A DNA stretch of 64,000 nt from positions 6,198-70,197 of the forward strand of contig NMRA01000598.1 of the NCBI GenBank assembly GCA_002633005.1, given 5' to 3'. Every line of letters starts with the position of its first letter. Position 1 is the stretch's first letter. A program made the translations under genes and the position numbers. Positions 63,500 to 64,000 of the stretch are shown in pieces. Origin of the DNA: Phoronis australis (Eukaryota > Animalia > Phoronida). A model generated the notes under the pieces. That model worked only from the letters and a program-made list of their open reading frames with translations, was not told where the DNA came from and ran no database searches.

Positions 63500-64000
63500 A
63501 CGGTGATGACCGTGTCTACAGTAGCTGGCCCAGTAGAGACGGTGGAGCTCCTATAGGAGCTTCATACGCCAGAAACTTTTCGGCAAATATTTTACACATA
63601 GAGGAACACCTTGGCTTAGGAGGCCATCAATGTATTTAATTCCTTCCAACTTGAAGAAATATTCCCATTATAAAACCTTTTCTTTGAGCAGTCTTTCGTT
63701 CAGTTCCCAAATATCGGTAACTTGCCATTTTTACAATTGCGGGTGGCAGGTGATATGACTTCACAGCCCACGGTGTGCGTAGTGTAAAAAATGGCGAATT
63801 ACAAATTTTGGGAACTGAATGAGGGACTTCTCGAAGAAGAAGTTTTATGAAGGGAGTAATTCTTCGAGTTGGAAGGAATTAAATATATCGATGGCCTCCT
63901 AAGGTGTCCCTCTAATAATGTGACTTTTGATTTTTTTAGTCAAAGTGAGGCATAATTTGCCGAAAAGCCTCCACTGTATGAAGCTCCTAGGAGCTCCACT
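63500..64000. mobile_element. Diverged foldback family member running off the window
   Basis: Both arms (TTTAATTCCTTCCAACT.GAA...CAGTTCCCAAA and its reverse complement) are present around a centre near 63750. Confidence 0.7.

Overview
This is AT-rich eukaryotic DNA, most likely from an invertebrate animal: it has GT-AG spliced genes, dense transposon debris and two assembly gaps (12226-12537, 31190-31800). Most short ORFs in the supplied track are spurious. Three spliced genes were reconstructed by hand. (1) The 3' part of an apparently intact DUF7869/Sola1-like DDD transposase-like gene (+, 203-4887). (2) SKA3 (+, 34086-44663), which keeps a C-terminal Ska1-like winged-helix-type domain. (3) TMCO4 (-, 60246-46124, 13 coding exons), convergent with SKA3. 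The 5-33 kb region holds nested transposon remnants: PIF/Harbinger MITEs, a Kolobok-like MITE, a Sola3 pseudogene inserted in a LINE, an ISL2EU-like element with a THAP relic, foldback elements and a USP protease relic. The most unusual object is a two-copy non-coding family. It combines a ~160-bp hairpin, an internal sequence complementary to its own end-to-end junction, and a tRNA-like Pol III module. All family assignments come from motif recognition by eye, not database searches.
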